This document shows positions 50,541 to 63,275 of a stretch of 64,000 nt of DNA, piece after piece. The DNA is taken from NCBI GenBank assembly GCA_038087875.1, contig CM075977.1:149296001-149360000 (forward strand). The letters run 5' to 3'. The notes beneath the pieces are model-generated. The model was not told where the DNA came from. It saw nothing but the letters and a program-made list of their open reading frames with translations, and did not search any database. How positions within the stretch are numbered: position 1 is the stretch's first letter; each line of letters opens with the position of its first letter. The position numbers were made by a program, and so were the translations under genes. The DNA comes from Malacoraja senta (taxonomy: Eukaryota).

Positions 50541-52518
50541 CATATTCCATGAATAAAATCTCTTTATATGCAGATGATGTATTAATATATATTACAAAGC
50601 CAGAAACTAGCATTCCAAACCTATTAAATTTAATAACTCAATTTGGTCAGTTTTTGGGATGTAGAATTAATTGGAATAAAAGCGAAATCATGCCAATAAC
50701 GGAACACAATTTACATACACCACAACAATTTCCTTTTAAAATAGTTAAGGAAAAATTTAAATATTTAGGAATTTATGTAACTAAGACATACACTCTTTTA
50801 TTTAAATTAAACTTCACACCTTTACCGAATAAACTATATAAGAATATTCAGTATTGGAAAACACTTCCCATTTTCAATGTTTGGTAGAATTAATGCTATA
50901 AAAATGATTTTTTTTACCGCAATTACTGTACCTATTTCAATCAATTCCTATATATATCCCAAAAGTTTAAAAAAAAAGTCGATTCTATTGTTACAAGTTT
51001 CATCTGGGATTATAAGAATCATAGAATAAGCAAAAAACATTTATGTAAATCAAAGATAAATGAAGGTTTAGCTTTGCCAAATTTTTTGTTATATTTTTGG
51101 GCAGTCCATATTAAAAACATGAATTTCTGGCTGGAAGAAATGGATGAGCAACCAGATTGGCTAAGGATGGAAAAGGAAGACTGTTTGCCTTTTGAAATTG
51201 GTGCGATTATGTTTGCTCCCACAAAATTGCACAAAAAAACCTATAGGAAAAGCCCTATAATACATAGTGGTATATGAATCTGGAAACAATTAAAAAAGGC
51301 TTTAAAATTGGATAATATATCACTTTATTTTCCCATTGTAAACAATCCTTTATTTAAACCTTCCATATTGGATAAAGGTTTCACACAATGGAAAAATTAT
51401 GGAATTAAAAAGATGGAACATCTTTATAGGAAAGGCATTTTTTTTTCATTTCAGGGGTTACAACAGATCAAATATTTTTTTCAGATATCTACTTAGAGAT
51501 TATGTTAAATCTATAACACAAAATTATAGGACTAGGGAACCAGAAATCCTTGACGAATGTTTGAATAAACATCCTAATACAGAAAAATTAATAACTTATA
51601 TTTATAACACCCTCTTAGATAATGAGGTCCCATCGATGGAATCATACAGACACAGATGGGAAAATGAATTAGGCCAACCTATAACGAAAGATATTTGGGA
51701 CGAAAGTCTACAATATATACATCAATGCTCGTTAAATGCCAGACATGCTTTAATACAATTTAAAGTATTACACAGAATACATTATTCTAAAGCAAAACTA
51801 AATAGAATTTCCCCACATATCTCTCCTATTTGTGATAAATGTCAGCATCTAGAGGCTAACTTAACACATACTTTTGCAAATTGTATAAAAATTAAAAATT
51901 TCTGGATTGATATTTTTAGAATAATTTCTGAAGTTGTCAATACTAAATTGGATCCGGACTCAAAACTAATAATACTTGGAATAGCAGAACAAAGTCTAAC
52001 ACCCACAACAAGCCAAAGAAACTTCCTAGACTACAGTATAATAACTGGGAAAAAATTAATATTAAAATTTTGGAAGTCCTATAACCCCCATAATTAAAAT
52101 GTGGATTATGGAAATGTCTGAGACCCTACACCTGGAAAGAATCAGACTTGTCTTAATGGACAAACAAGAACTTTTTGTTAGAATATGGTCTCCATTCATT
52201 GACTATTTGAAGGGGTAGATCGGTTCGGCACGGGAACCTAACTCAAGCTTGAACTTAAGATTAGATGAAAAGTTATACTTTATAACCTACGAACCTATCT
52301 CCAATGATGTATTATTAGTAAATTATTCCACTCTTTTTTTAAATCTTGACATTTGTGGTGGGTTTTTTCTTCTCTCTTTCTTTCTCACTTTCTATCTCTA
52401 AAAAAAAACTAGCAGAATCAATCCACAATTGATATTAATAATGTATGATTGATATACATGAAATGTTTTAACCATAATATGTCTTTGCTTCTAATTAAAA
52501 AAAAATTTGTTGTTGTTT
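50541..52518 (+). mobile_element. L1/Tx1-clade LINE, 5'-truncated and degenerate; 13-bp TSD aatgttccaagaa
   Basis: KISLYADDVLIY, KFKYLGI, CDKC-x8-H-x4-C zinc knuckle, A-rich tail; TSD at 50528-50540 and 52519-52531. Confidence 0.92.
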
Positions 52519-52663
52519 AATGTTCCAAGAAAAATAACATGAACACTTTGAATAATTCAGATTTGGACAAGTTATTCACAGGATGTGGCTATCACTGACA
52601 ATTTAGTGACCAACCTAAACTGCCCCGAACTGAATTACTTGTCAAGCCATTTCAGGGACCAAT

Positions 52664-53805
52664 AAGCCAGTTCGGTTTTCCGAAAAATGCAAGTAGTCAT
52701 GGGATTTGGCAAAGGTCATTCGAGAATAAAAAACGCGAACGGGTGCCTTGTAGCGGGGGAGAGTGGGGTGTAACAGCGAGAAAGAGAGAGGAGGTAAATG
52801 CATGTGGGAGACAGGGAGAGACGGGGGAAGAGAGGTTTCAGTTACAGACAACCACTGGTAAAGCCATGGCTCGTTGCTTCTAGGAGAGTCGAGAAAATGT
52901 CCTCAATCGAGAGAATGCAACTTCAGAACCCTCTCGTCTCGACCGCGCTGGAGATTACCGTGGGCGCAAGGAACAAATAACTAAAGTTTGCATTGAGTGA
53001 ACTGAGTGTTCTTAACGTCCTTGTCGTACACCGGCACCCGACAGGTGAGCGGCCCACGGTAGCTGGTGCCTCTCTGCTCGCCGCTGGAAGAACTGACACC
53101 TCTACTCCCCGGGTCGGGAGCTGCCTCCTCGACCCCGCTGCTCGGCGGCAGACGACTAGGTTTCCAGAGCATCGCCGATGCCTCACATCAGCTCCTGATC
53201 CCCCGCCGCCTGTCTGGATAATGTGACCAATGTTGGTTGAGCTGAAGCTGGGATCCAACCACTCTCACAAAACACCGGTGTACGATGAGGACGTTAAGAA
53301 CACTCAGTTCACTCAACGCAAACTTTAGGTCATTTGTTCCTTGCGCCCATGGAAAACCCCGCTCCCATCCATCCTACCCACGGCGCAAAACTCTAATGTG
53401 TATGAAGTCTGAAGGAGGGTCTTCTATCCAGTGGTCCGCGGACGGGAGTGTCGGCCCAGGCCCGCAGCCAGCGAGGAGGGGAGGCACCGGACCCAGCTCG
53501 ACTTTGCCTGCCCCGCCGGCAGGACGGGCGGGGTCATGCTGGAGTTAGTGCTTCTTTTCCGCGCCGCCTGCAGGCCTGGGCCACCGCTGCGATGAGCCAG
53601 CGCCCCGCCGGGACAGGCAGAGCCGAGCTGGAGCCAGCCCCCCTCTTCTCTCCCGTCCGGCTCCCGCCAGCCGCCCCCGGGTGGGACGCTCGGGAGGGGA
53701 CGGGGACGAGACGCAGGTCTGCACCCATGCAGCAGCACGGCCACGAGTGTTTAGCCCGAGCTACTTCTGACCTGTGCATGCGTAGTCGGAATACCGAACT
53801 GGCTT
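52664..53805. mobile_element. Non-autonomous DNA transposon with 2-bp AT TSD (ISL2EU-like)
   Basis: TIRs aagccagttcggttttccga / tcggaataccgaactggctt; removing the element leaves gggaccaATtaagaatcaacc. Confidence 0.8.
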
Positions 53806-56477
53806 ATTAAGAATCAACCACATTGTTGAGGGTCTGGAATCAGATACATGCCAGCCTGCACAATAACAGCAGGTTTCTGTCCACGCTAGAGATTAGGAAA
53901 TAGTTGGGCTTTAATTGCAATCCATAATTCTTCTTTTTACAAACGTTCAATTTTGAATTTTCATTATAATGCCATTGACTCTTTGGGGGTGTTAACCTAA
54001 AAATATTTTTTATTAGAACCCATTGTGTTCCATTCTCAAACATAGGAATGCACTGTTTTGCACTGAAATACACATAATAGATGTCAACCAGCACTTTTGT
54101 TTTGCAAACTTCACTTCACTAATCGCTCCAGGAACACATCCCCTTTCTCAAGTAAAAAAACTGCATACCATGGTCATCATTAATGAACCTACAATTTTTT
54201 TTATCCCTGATTTAATTACTTTAAATTCTTCAGCTGCAATGGTGGGAATCCAATTGATGTCACCAGATCAGTAGTTCAGGCCTCTGGCCACTATGCTCCC
54301 AAAAAGGCTTGCAAACAAAAACTCATGAAAACCACTTGCACTGAAGCTCTACCCCCCACCCCACCTCCTAATAACAATTTGTCGTCTCTGCATACCATTT
54401 AAAAAAATATCTACTTATTGCTGCTTAGAGCTGAAAGGCAGGCAACTAAGGATCCATTTTACAATCACTACGCATGTCATCAGCTTCTGCTCAGTACAGT
54501 TTCAAGTGCCTGATTGCATAGATATGCCAAACTAACATAGCCATGTAGGTGGTGTATCATATTATGCAAACAGTAATCCTTCTATTACAGTAATATCTGT
54601 GCCTTACTAGAGTGTGTTTTGGTTAAAGTAACCACTTCAATCAGTTCTGCACAGCAGAGTGGCTACTTCAATCTCGAATGTTTGGTATAATATAACCCTC
54701 AACACGTGCTGCCTTTAACTTCTCATAAGTTGGAGTGGAAAATGGATATCAATGTACAAATTTTCTAATGAACCACAATTACAGCATATAATCCCACTTT
54801 ATTCAGTATAAAGTTATCAGTTTTCCCATCCAACAAGTCAATACAATTAAATAATAAGACGATTTCAAAAACTATGCACAAGGCATTTTTCTATGAATAG
54901 GTAAGTGGTTACAAGCTTAAAGGATTTGAACTTTTGAAAAGTGTCACATGTCTATGCCACCTAACAAACACCTAACCTAAAAATAACCTAGCTTATTCAC
55001 TCAAAGGCTGCAATTATTTAAAAATGTTTAACTCACTAAGCTTTTATGCTTGATACAATTCAAATCAACATTACTTTACCGCTTGCATGCATTTTGATCT
55101 CTTGTTGAAAAGACCAAGAGTATTTTAGTAAAATGCCTTGAACATCAACATTCATAATTTAGATATCACAAGCTGAACCTGAAAAGGGCGATTTGAGCAT
55201 AATAGCCACATGTCAATGACAATATATTAGAGCTTTATTGCCAAAGGAAATTTATTACTTTTACAGTCCCAATTTTAATTCATCTAGAGCACAATATCCT
55301 TTCTAGAAGATTTGATAACTTGTACAAGAGACAGAAATAGACAAAGAAACAGATCGGTCCTTAACTACTACTTTTTATCAAAGTTAATAGTTTTACATAA
55401 CATACTTGTCTTCAATGAAAGCAACATTTAAAACCATTTTGAAGTTTTAAAACCACCTATATTTCATTTCAGACATTCCTTTTAGCACAACTGAAAGATT
55501 TAAATACAGCCAGATGGGATCCATTAAATTAATAAAACTCTTTGTAGCCAAGTAATTCTTCATGGCCCTACAAAAAAAAGGACAAAAATGTCATCACTGG
55601 AGTTTATTTGAAAATGATGTTTTCATTTAACTGAATCTGGGTTTAAAAGAAATTACATTAAATCTTACGACTTAAAACTATACATGTCCACTGGACATGT
55701 ATTGTTTTAATTAAACTTAAAACATCTGATACAAAATTGTGCTTTTTCATAATCTTATCTTTATATTATCCATATTTAAATTATGCAAAGCTAACTTATA
55801 CACTCTGGCTTTAAATTGTTAAGTAACATTGTGTATGTCTTCAAGTAGATAGAATTCAACATTCATGAACAGTCAAGCACACATTTAATTCCCATTTTCA
55901 ACTGCTGAGAAGATCGGTTTCTGTGCACGATGCAATTAAATCAAAACTATCATCTCCTTTATTCCATCTTCATCTCATCATTGTCAATGCAATCTTACGC
56001 AGTATAAGCGTGTTAGACATACAGGAAACTAATAATAAAACTAGAAATAATTGCTGTCCCAGGAGCTCATAGCTTTCATGTGCTGGGTTGTCCTATCTTG
56101 TGAGAAATTATACATTTACAGTAAAATGTAAAAAATAGTCTAGCAAACAATCTTTGCACAGAATCCAACATACTTTCCTTTATATTCAGGTTACATCTCG
56201 ACTTACAAACCTGTATTACCATTGAATATGCTGACAATGAGGTAAGTGTCCACCTCACAAGCAACAGCTGAGCTAAACAAATACTTACATCTACTCCATA
56301 TTGCCTGTCATATACCTATATTGTCTGATGGAGAGTCTCGAGCCGAAACATCTAGTTCTTTTCTCCAGAGATGCTGCCTGGCCCGCTGATTTACTGCAGC
56401 ATTTTGTATCTACCTTCAGTGTAAACCACCATCTGCAGTTCTTTCCTACACACTACATATTTAGTGGGTTAAAAACC

Positions 56478-56596
56478 CAGTGAAAACCCACGCAGTCACA
56501 GGGAGAACGTACAAACAATACCCATAATTAGGATCGCACCCGGGCCTCTGGCGCTGGACGGCAGCAATTCTATCGCTGTGTTCCTGTGTCGCCCCA
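56478..56596 (-). mobile_element. V-SINE 5' fragment
   Basis: aaaacccacgcagtcacagggagaacgtacaaac...ggatcgcacccggg. Confidence 0.65.
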
Positions 56597-57244
56597 ATGA
56601 CTAATTAGCTGAACCGACTAGAAGCTTGGTTTCCAAGGATATGTTGGACGAGTTGAAACTTTACAATAAAGGAGCGGCTAGACTTCATTCACTGGGAGGC
56701 AATTTTCAACTTCCTTACCTGGGCAGTGATCTGCCCATGAGATAGATGACTTTCCTACTGTGAAGTTCAGCAGAAAGAATGAATAGTTGAGCATTCACAG
56801 CCATGGGTGCACCTTGCCCCACCAGATTAGCACCCAGGTGCAGATGTGAAAATGGATGGTGAAAGTTATTTCCTATACATCCATTATCAGAGAGCTACCA
56901 CCATGCTGGTCTGAAGCAGTGGTGGGAGGAGGGGTGTGGAAGAACATGTTGATTACAATATTTTCTGATGCTTAAAGAAAAGAGAAAAGTGTCACGATTC
57001 AAAAAATAACATATAAACAGAAACATGTAAAATTATTCCTGTTTAAGACTTAAAATATTAACCAGAGCTTAACTTCACCACAAGAATGAATGCAATCAAC
57101 TTCAGGATGACATAGGACACTCCTGTAAGTACAAGGATTGATCTTGAGGCATAATGATAGAATTAATCTCATGAAACTGTATTGCATCATATCAATTTCA
57201 CAAAAAGAACCAGCTGATTTTTAAGAAAACATTGTCATCAGAGT

Positions 57245-57288
57245 CAAAGGCTAGTTAGGATGCATTGATGCATCCTAACTAGCCTTTG
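57245..57288. repeat. Perfect 21-bp inverted repeat with 2-nt spacer
   Basis: caaaggctagttaggatgcat-tg-atgcatcctaactagcctttg. Confidence 0.95.
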
Positions 57289-58825
57289 CTTGACCCATTC
57301 ATTCACACAATGAAGCAGAAAAGCAAAATAAGCACCCAAAAACTGACATCCATAAATTCTGTATCACGTATTATCTCCATCCATGTTGTTTGAACAGTTG
57401 AGCATTCCAACATTGTAACAATAACAAAGAGTTACGCATCAGAGATGTGGGTATTTCCATCAATTCTTATCGATAGCACAAAGTGCTGGAGTCTTTTTTT
57501 TGATAACCAACATATACAGTCCCTTGTGTCTACATTCTTATAGGTGGTTCAGAAGAAGCACTTGAAGTTACAAAAAAAAATCAGTATCTGATCTCTTTTC
57601 AGACTGCATTTCTTCCTAGCAACAGGACACACACAGCCAGTCTTATCACGCATTATCGCCGTGTCTTCAAAAGCGGGCTGTAAAAAGCCAATTGAAAATA
57701 AACTCCATCTAAACTGCATTATCTTCGCAGCGTTTGATTCCCTACCCCCATCAGTGGTACCAAATGGCAGAACCCAGCAAATTTGCCTTTGAACAACAGG
57801 AAACGTAAGCTTCTGTCACCTCCCATTGAGAAGAAAATGGATTAGAGGGACCGACAAAGAATTCGCCAGGAAGACATCGCTCTCAATATGCAACTGATTA
57901 ACACGCGCAACCTAATCTGCAACATCATGACTCTCCCTTACAGCGAGTACCGGGTAGAAATACTGCTGCATAATTGAACTTTTGTAGCTTTCAGGCAACA
58001 AAAACACATGCATCCAATTAAATTAGCTTCTTGCAATCCTATGCCTCCAATACAGACTAAACTCAAATTCTTCCGATGAGGAAAGGTTGTTGGCCAGCTA
58101 GTCATATAAATCAGATCCCCATATCGTGGCACACAACAACGATGCTCCTAAACATCAAGGAAAAGTTCATCTCAACACACACTTTTCTTAACCCCCGACT
58201 CCAAAGCAATTAATTGCATTTCAGCGGCTGCATAGTTAAATAAAATACAGGAAACCGCTTGGCCAAAATTAGCCTCGAATGAATGCAATCACTTTATCCC
58301 TTCGGTACTAAAAAAATTGTAACCCCATTTTTAAAAAGAAACAAAATATGCATCAGCAGCCTGTTGCAATGGAAGACTTGCATATACCGAACGGAAATCT
58401 GGAGAAACTATAACTCACAAACAGAGGTCAAATGTTAATCACTGAGTTTAGCGACCTCTAAAAACAATCGTGTTACTTGTTAACGTGAAGCGCGATGTTT
58501 CCCCGATTCCAAACGTGCATTCGGCAAAACAGACAGGAAATGAGAAGAGTTTATTCGAGTTTACCTTATCCCAGCATTGTTTGCTGGGAACACATAAACG
58601 AAGACGAGGGAAAGAAAAACACATACTTTCTCGCCGCAAACATTTTACAAAGTCAGCCTGAAGAACACTTCGTTTTTTTTTAAGTGATTATAAAGAGGCT
58701 TAAACTTTACCTTGGACTGAGCATCTCAAAGCTCTGTTCGATTAGTTGGAACATACGGCTTGCAATTTCAGATTGAACAACCTACTTTTTTTTCCTCGAA
58801 TTAAATTATCCTTTAAAATTCTTAC

Positions 58826-58919
58826 CTGTGGAAATCTCTCCGAAAAGTGGGCAGCACATGAACAGAAGCAGCACCAAGTGTTTCCCAGGAAGCATCCACT
58901 TTATGCTGGGTTTGTACAT
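58826..58919 (-). CDS. Putative first coding exon (94 nt, phase-1 donor) of an unidentified secreted or type-I membrane protein; encodes signal-peptide-like MYKPSIKWMLPGKHLVLLLFMCCPLFGEIST
   Basis: Minus strand reads gagtgATGTAC...TCCACAG|gtaag. In-frame TAA 9 nt upstream of the ATG, G at -3, basic N-terminus plus hydrophobic core, strong donor site, directly beside a CpG island. Too short for the ORF track. Confidence 0.62.
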
Positions 58920-58929
58920 CACTCGTTAG

Positions 58930-59440
58930 TTACACGCAGACCAGAGCAACTATAAAATAAGCGACCTGGTCGTGTTCATCCACAGAGCCCGAGCGATGCC
59001 CCCTCCCAGGGAGACAAGACCACGAGAACGGGCGACCCCAATCTGTACCGGGCTACAGAGCCGCTCGCCTCTCCTGCACACTCCCTCCCAATCGAGCATC
59101 AAAAGCTCAAAGTTGGCCCCGAGCTGATCGAATTCGACTAGGTTTTTGCAACATCTCCTGCAGCCGAGAGAGCGCAAGGTTTGCAGTCCTGCAACAGTCT
59201 CCCCTTCACACTCAAGCGCTGTCTGTGTACGTGTGCGCGCGACCCCGGGCTGTGCGCGAGCGCGGGGCTCAGGCTCGGGATCCGCGCTCGGCGAGACCCC
59301 GAAGCGCGCGCCTGCCCGGCCAGGCAGACGAGACTCGCCACCCCCTCAACTAAAGTTAACAGCGCGTCCTGCAGGTGGGAAAATGCCTCTCCACAGAGCC
59401 GGGGAAAGGGATTCTCCGACAATGCACAGCAACAAGTAAG

Positions 59441-59479
<39 letters not shown>

Positions 59480-59560
59480 TAGAGGGTGGGCTCTTCAAAA
59501 CAGTAAACCGCCTCACTTATTTGTGATGCGCATCAGTCGCCCTGTTCTCCGCCTTAATTG
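58930..59560 (-). promoter_or_regulatory. CpG island; probable promoter and 5' UTR of the minus-strand gene
   Basis: GC-rich and CpG-dense (many cgcg/gcgc), no recognisable TE termini, immediately upstream of the signal-peptide exon. Confidence 0.6.
59449..59475. repeat. (GA)n microsatellite in the promoter region
   Basis: About 13 AG units seen directly. Confidence 0.9.
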
Positions 59561-60599
59561 CAAACACTGATCAAACACAATGCATTTATTTTAACATTGG
59601 AGCACTTTTTAAACTTTCCCAAGCCATTACTTTGAAAACTTGGGCTCTCAGCTTTATTTTTTGGCAGATACAAATGGGAAAAAAAACATGAAACAAAGAA
59701 CTGCAAATGCTGGTTAATACACAAACGGACACAAAGTGCTGGAGTAACTCTGCGGGTTAGGCAGCATCACTGGAGAAAAGGAATAGGTGATGTTTCGAGT
59801 CGAGACAGTTCTTCAGGCTAATGAAGTTAAGTCTCTATCGGTCCTTTACTAGATCACAGTTCTGGTTCGATTATTATAAAGCTATAGGAGCATACAGAAA
59901 ATAGTAAATAGATCAGCAAGAATTATGAAAGAACTGAAGTTATCGTTATCAAGAAGGGATTAAAGGCTGCCTCTCCCCTCTTGACAAATTAAGGTTGGTG
60001 GAAATTTAACAAACCTCACAAGTGGAGCAAAGCACAATAAGTGGTAATTAATATAAAAAGCAAACAAAAAACTGCTGGAAACATTTGTGGAAAGAGATAC
60101 AGTGTTAACTTTTCGGGTATATAATCTTTCATTAGAACTACAAAAATGAGAAGGCAAGTTAGTTTTAAGTGGCAGAGAAGATAGAGGAGGGATTGGCAGG
60201 ATAAGGGTAAAATACCACAATTGTCAAAGAGATTCTGCTATTTCAGAGCTCTCTGCGAATTACGTTATAAAGGAAATTTAGGGGGGAAAAAACAAAGGAA
60301 AACTGAAATGCAGATGAAAGCTATTGCTGAGATCTGGTCGAAAGGAGAATGCTTTAAATGCCCCACAGATTAGGTAGCGTCCAAGGAGCTAGAAAAAATA
60401 CATGGGTTAACATTGCAGATAGATAGACAATCTTATTGCAGAACTGAGCAGTAGGCTGCCTATCTAACCAGTTTTTCTACATAGAATAAAGAACAACCAG
60501 ACAGGTTAGTATTGCCTATTAATACATTACTTCGCAGGAATAATGAGTTAGAAGGTGGTCACATATTATCATGTTAGTAGGAGTTATTTTACTTAAGTA

Positions 60600-61720
60600 A
60601 AACACAAAGTGCTGAAGCAACTCAGAGGGTCAAGCAGCTTCTCGAGAGGACACAGATGGGCAATGTCTCAGGTCAGGACCCTTCTTCAGTTTTATCGTGG
60701 GGCGAGGCAGTTGGAGATGGCTAGAAAAAGGTTGAGGTCAGGACAAAGCCTGGCAAGTGATAGATGGATACATATGAGGGAGGTTTGATTGGCAGATGGG
60801 TAGAGGCTAGAGATGAAAAGGTGACAAAAGGTTGTCAGATAAGGAGAAAAGAGTAGAATGTAAAGCAAGAGGAAGGGATATATAGGTGGAATGGAATGGG
60901 GTGGGATGGGGAGGAGGAGAAGAGGAGTGGCAAATGGTGCGAGAAATTGTTGCACACCAGGGTGAGGAGCAGGGAAAAGAGAGGGGGGTCGAATGGAGGA
61001 GGCCCAGGACAGGAATGGGAAGGGGAGTTAAAATAGTTAGCAACCCGGATATCAAGCATACCTCTTTTGGACCAAGTGCAAGTGTTCATTGATTCAGTTG
61101 CTTAGTCCATGCTTGAACTTGCTATGCGATAGTTTTGGTTGGGACAGAGGAGTGAACCAAGGAGTTGCAGAAAGAGTCTTTTCTGGGGAAACCGGAAAGG
61201 GATGGGGATGGGAAGATGAGTGGTGGTGGGATCACGTTGAAAGTGGTGAAAATATTGGAGAATGTGTTGGATGCGGAGACTGGTAGGGTAAAAGGTAAGG
61301 ACCAAGGAAACCCTATTCGTGTTCCGTCTGGGGGAAGAGGGAGTGAGAGCAGAACTACAGGATACAGAGGAGACCAGAGTGAGGGGTACATCTACAACAC
61401 CAGGGGGGATACTATGTTTGCTAAAGTAAATCTCCGATGTTCCAGAGTGGAAAGGCTCATCTTGAGAGCAGATGTGGCAGAGACGGAGAAGTTGAGAGTC
61501 GGGGATGGCGTCCTTGCAAGAGTCAGGGTGGGAGGACAAGTAAACAAGATTACTGTGTTCAGTGGGTTTGTAGTAGACATCAGACGATAGTTTGTCTCAT
61601 GTGATGGAGACAGAGAGATTGAGAAAGTGGAGGACTGTTCCATGTAAACAATAAAAAGGTGGGCATAGCTGGAACCAATAACTTGGAAGATGACAGGAGT
61701 CAATGATTTTAAGGGTGAGA
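60600..61720 (-). mobile_element. Degraded Penelope-like element with terminal repeat
   Basis: SSHPDSCKDAIPDSQLLRLCHICS; LVLTFYPTS; VANYFNSPSH. Confidence 0.82.
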
Positions 61721-62115
61721 ACAAGTTCCACTTTTGTTTGTGCTATTCTTATAACAAATGTAAAGCATTTTGGCCAACGAGAGTTGTTTTTTAAATGTGC
61801 TATATAAATAAATGTGACTTGACTTGACTTGACTTGACACTAGGCTCATGAGAGTGTCAGTAGAGAGGAATTGATTGGGTCTCTGTTCAAGGAAGAACTA
61901 GAGACCTTTCTGGTGGGGAATGTATAGGGACTGGATGACCATAGCAAGGACGAGGCGATGGGGGCCTAGGAATCAACGTGTCAAGGAGCGTTATTTTACA
62001 GTTGGGGTGGAGTATTTGGTAATCAGTCAAGAAATGTAGTGCAGGTGCAGAATTTGAGGTAGCAATAATGGAGCGTGTGTTTGTGCTCATTCGTTCGTGA
62101 AATTGACAGCAACTT

Positions 62116-62282
62116 GAAGGCACAAGACACTGCAGATGCTGGAATCCTGAGCAAAAAGTGCTGGAGAAACTCAGAGGTTCAGGCAGCATTTATGGAGACT
62201 GGATAGATGACATTTCAGGTTGGGACCTTCTTCAGTCTGATGCTGCCTGACTTGCTGAGTTCCTCAAGCACGTTGATTTTTC
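62116..62282. mobile_element. Palindromic Penelope-derived short element; 11-bp TSD gacagcaactt
   Basis: TSD at 62105-62115 and 62283-62293. Confidence 0.75.
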
Positions 62283-63275
62283 GACAGCAACTTAGCTTGA
62301 TAATTAAAAGACTTTCTAAACATCTTTCCAATGATATGCTCATTTAGAAAGAGGTCAATAAGATGTCTCTATATCTCCAACCAAATACTTGATTGCATAT
62401 TCTGTTTCAACCAGATCATCTCTTATTCTTCCATATTTTGTACACTATCAGTTTACGGTACTCAATTATTCGTCACAGGATAGTTTCCTTATCCAAGAAA
62501 TTATACTATTGAACCTTTGTTGCACTAGCCGAGGCAAATATATCCTTCCTTCAGGAAGTTTTTCCTACATTAGATATACAGAATACAAATGTACACAATA
62601 CTCATTGAAATCTAGTGCAATTTCACACAAATGGCATTGTAGGACAGTAGATCATTTGGAGATATTTAACATACATTTTAAATCAAAAACCATGTTTTAT
62701 ATCTAGCAATATTCTTCTAATGTATTCATGTAGCCCACTATGACTACCATTCCAGAGGAGATTCTGCCTGCCCATTGTTGTGTTCACGAGAGGGCACTCA
62801 GTAATGATAATGCAATTGAATAGAATAAGACATTACGTATAATTAAATTTTGATAATTCACTATCCAACTATTCAGCAATCTTGATGGTTTAGTATCTGG
62901 CTCATGGGTGTGGTTTCCAGCACACTTTTGGAACTCAATGGGTCCACAGTTCCTACTATCCCCCAAAACTCAATGGGTCCACAGTTCCTACTCTCACCAA
63001 GGCCTTGGTTCCCATGATCCTTTTAAATTTACTGGGTTCACTGAAGAATGTATAACATCCCAAAAAGTGTATTTAGTATGTATTGGAATTTTAATACGAA
63101 TAAAATATGGTGGAGTCATATATAATCATTATGCCACAGTGGCATTTAGAGAGGCAAAGCATAGAAAGATACAGACCGCTGGAATAACTCATTGAATTAG
63201 GCAGCATTTCTGGAGAACATGGGTAGGTTACATTTCGGTTCAGGACCCTTCTGGATCAATGGGTCCCAGAAGGGT

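Noticed and set aside
58826-58919. Assigning a gene symbol from first-exon size and phase
   Set aside because: Many receptor and adhesion genes have a similar phase-1 signal-peptide exon, and the peptide does not match any I recognise
59146-59570. Plus-strand ORFs in the CpG island
   Set aside because: Low-complexity Arg/Ala/Pro-rich frames expected from GC content; no domain
62932-62992. 26-bp direct repeat with 9-nt spacer
   Set aside because: Two units only; ordinary local duplication
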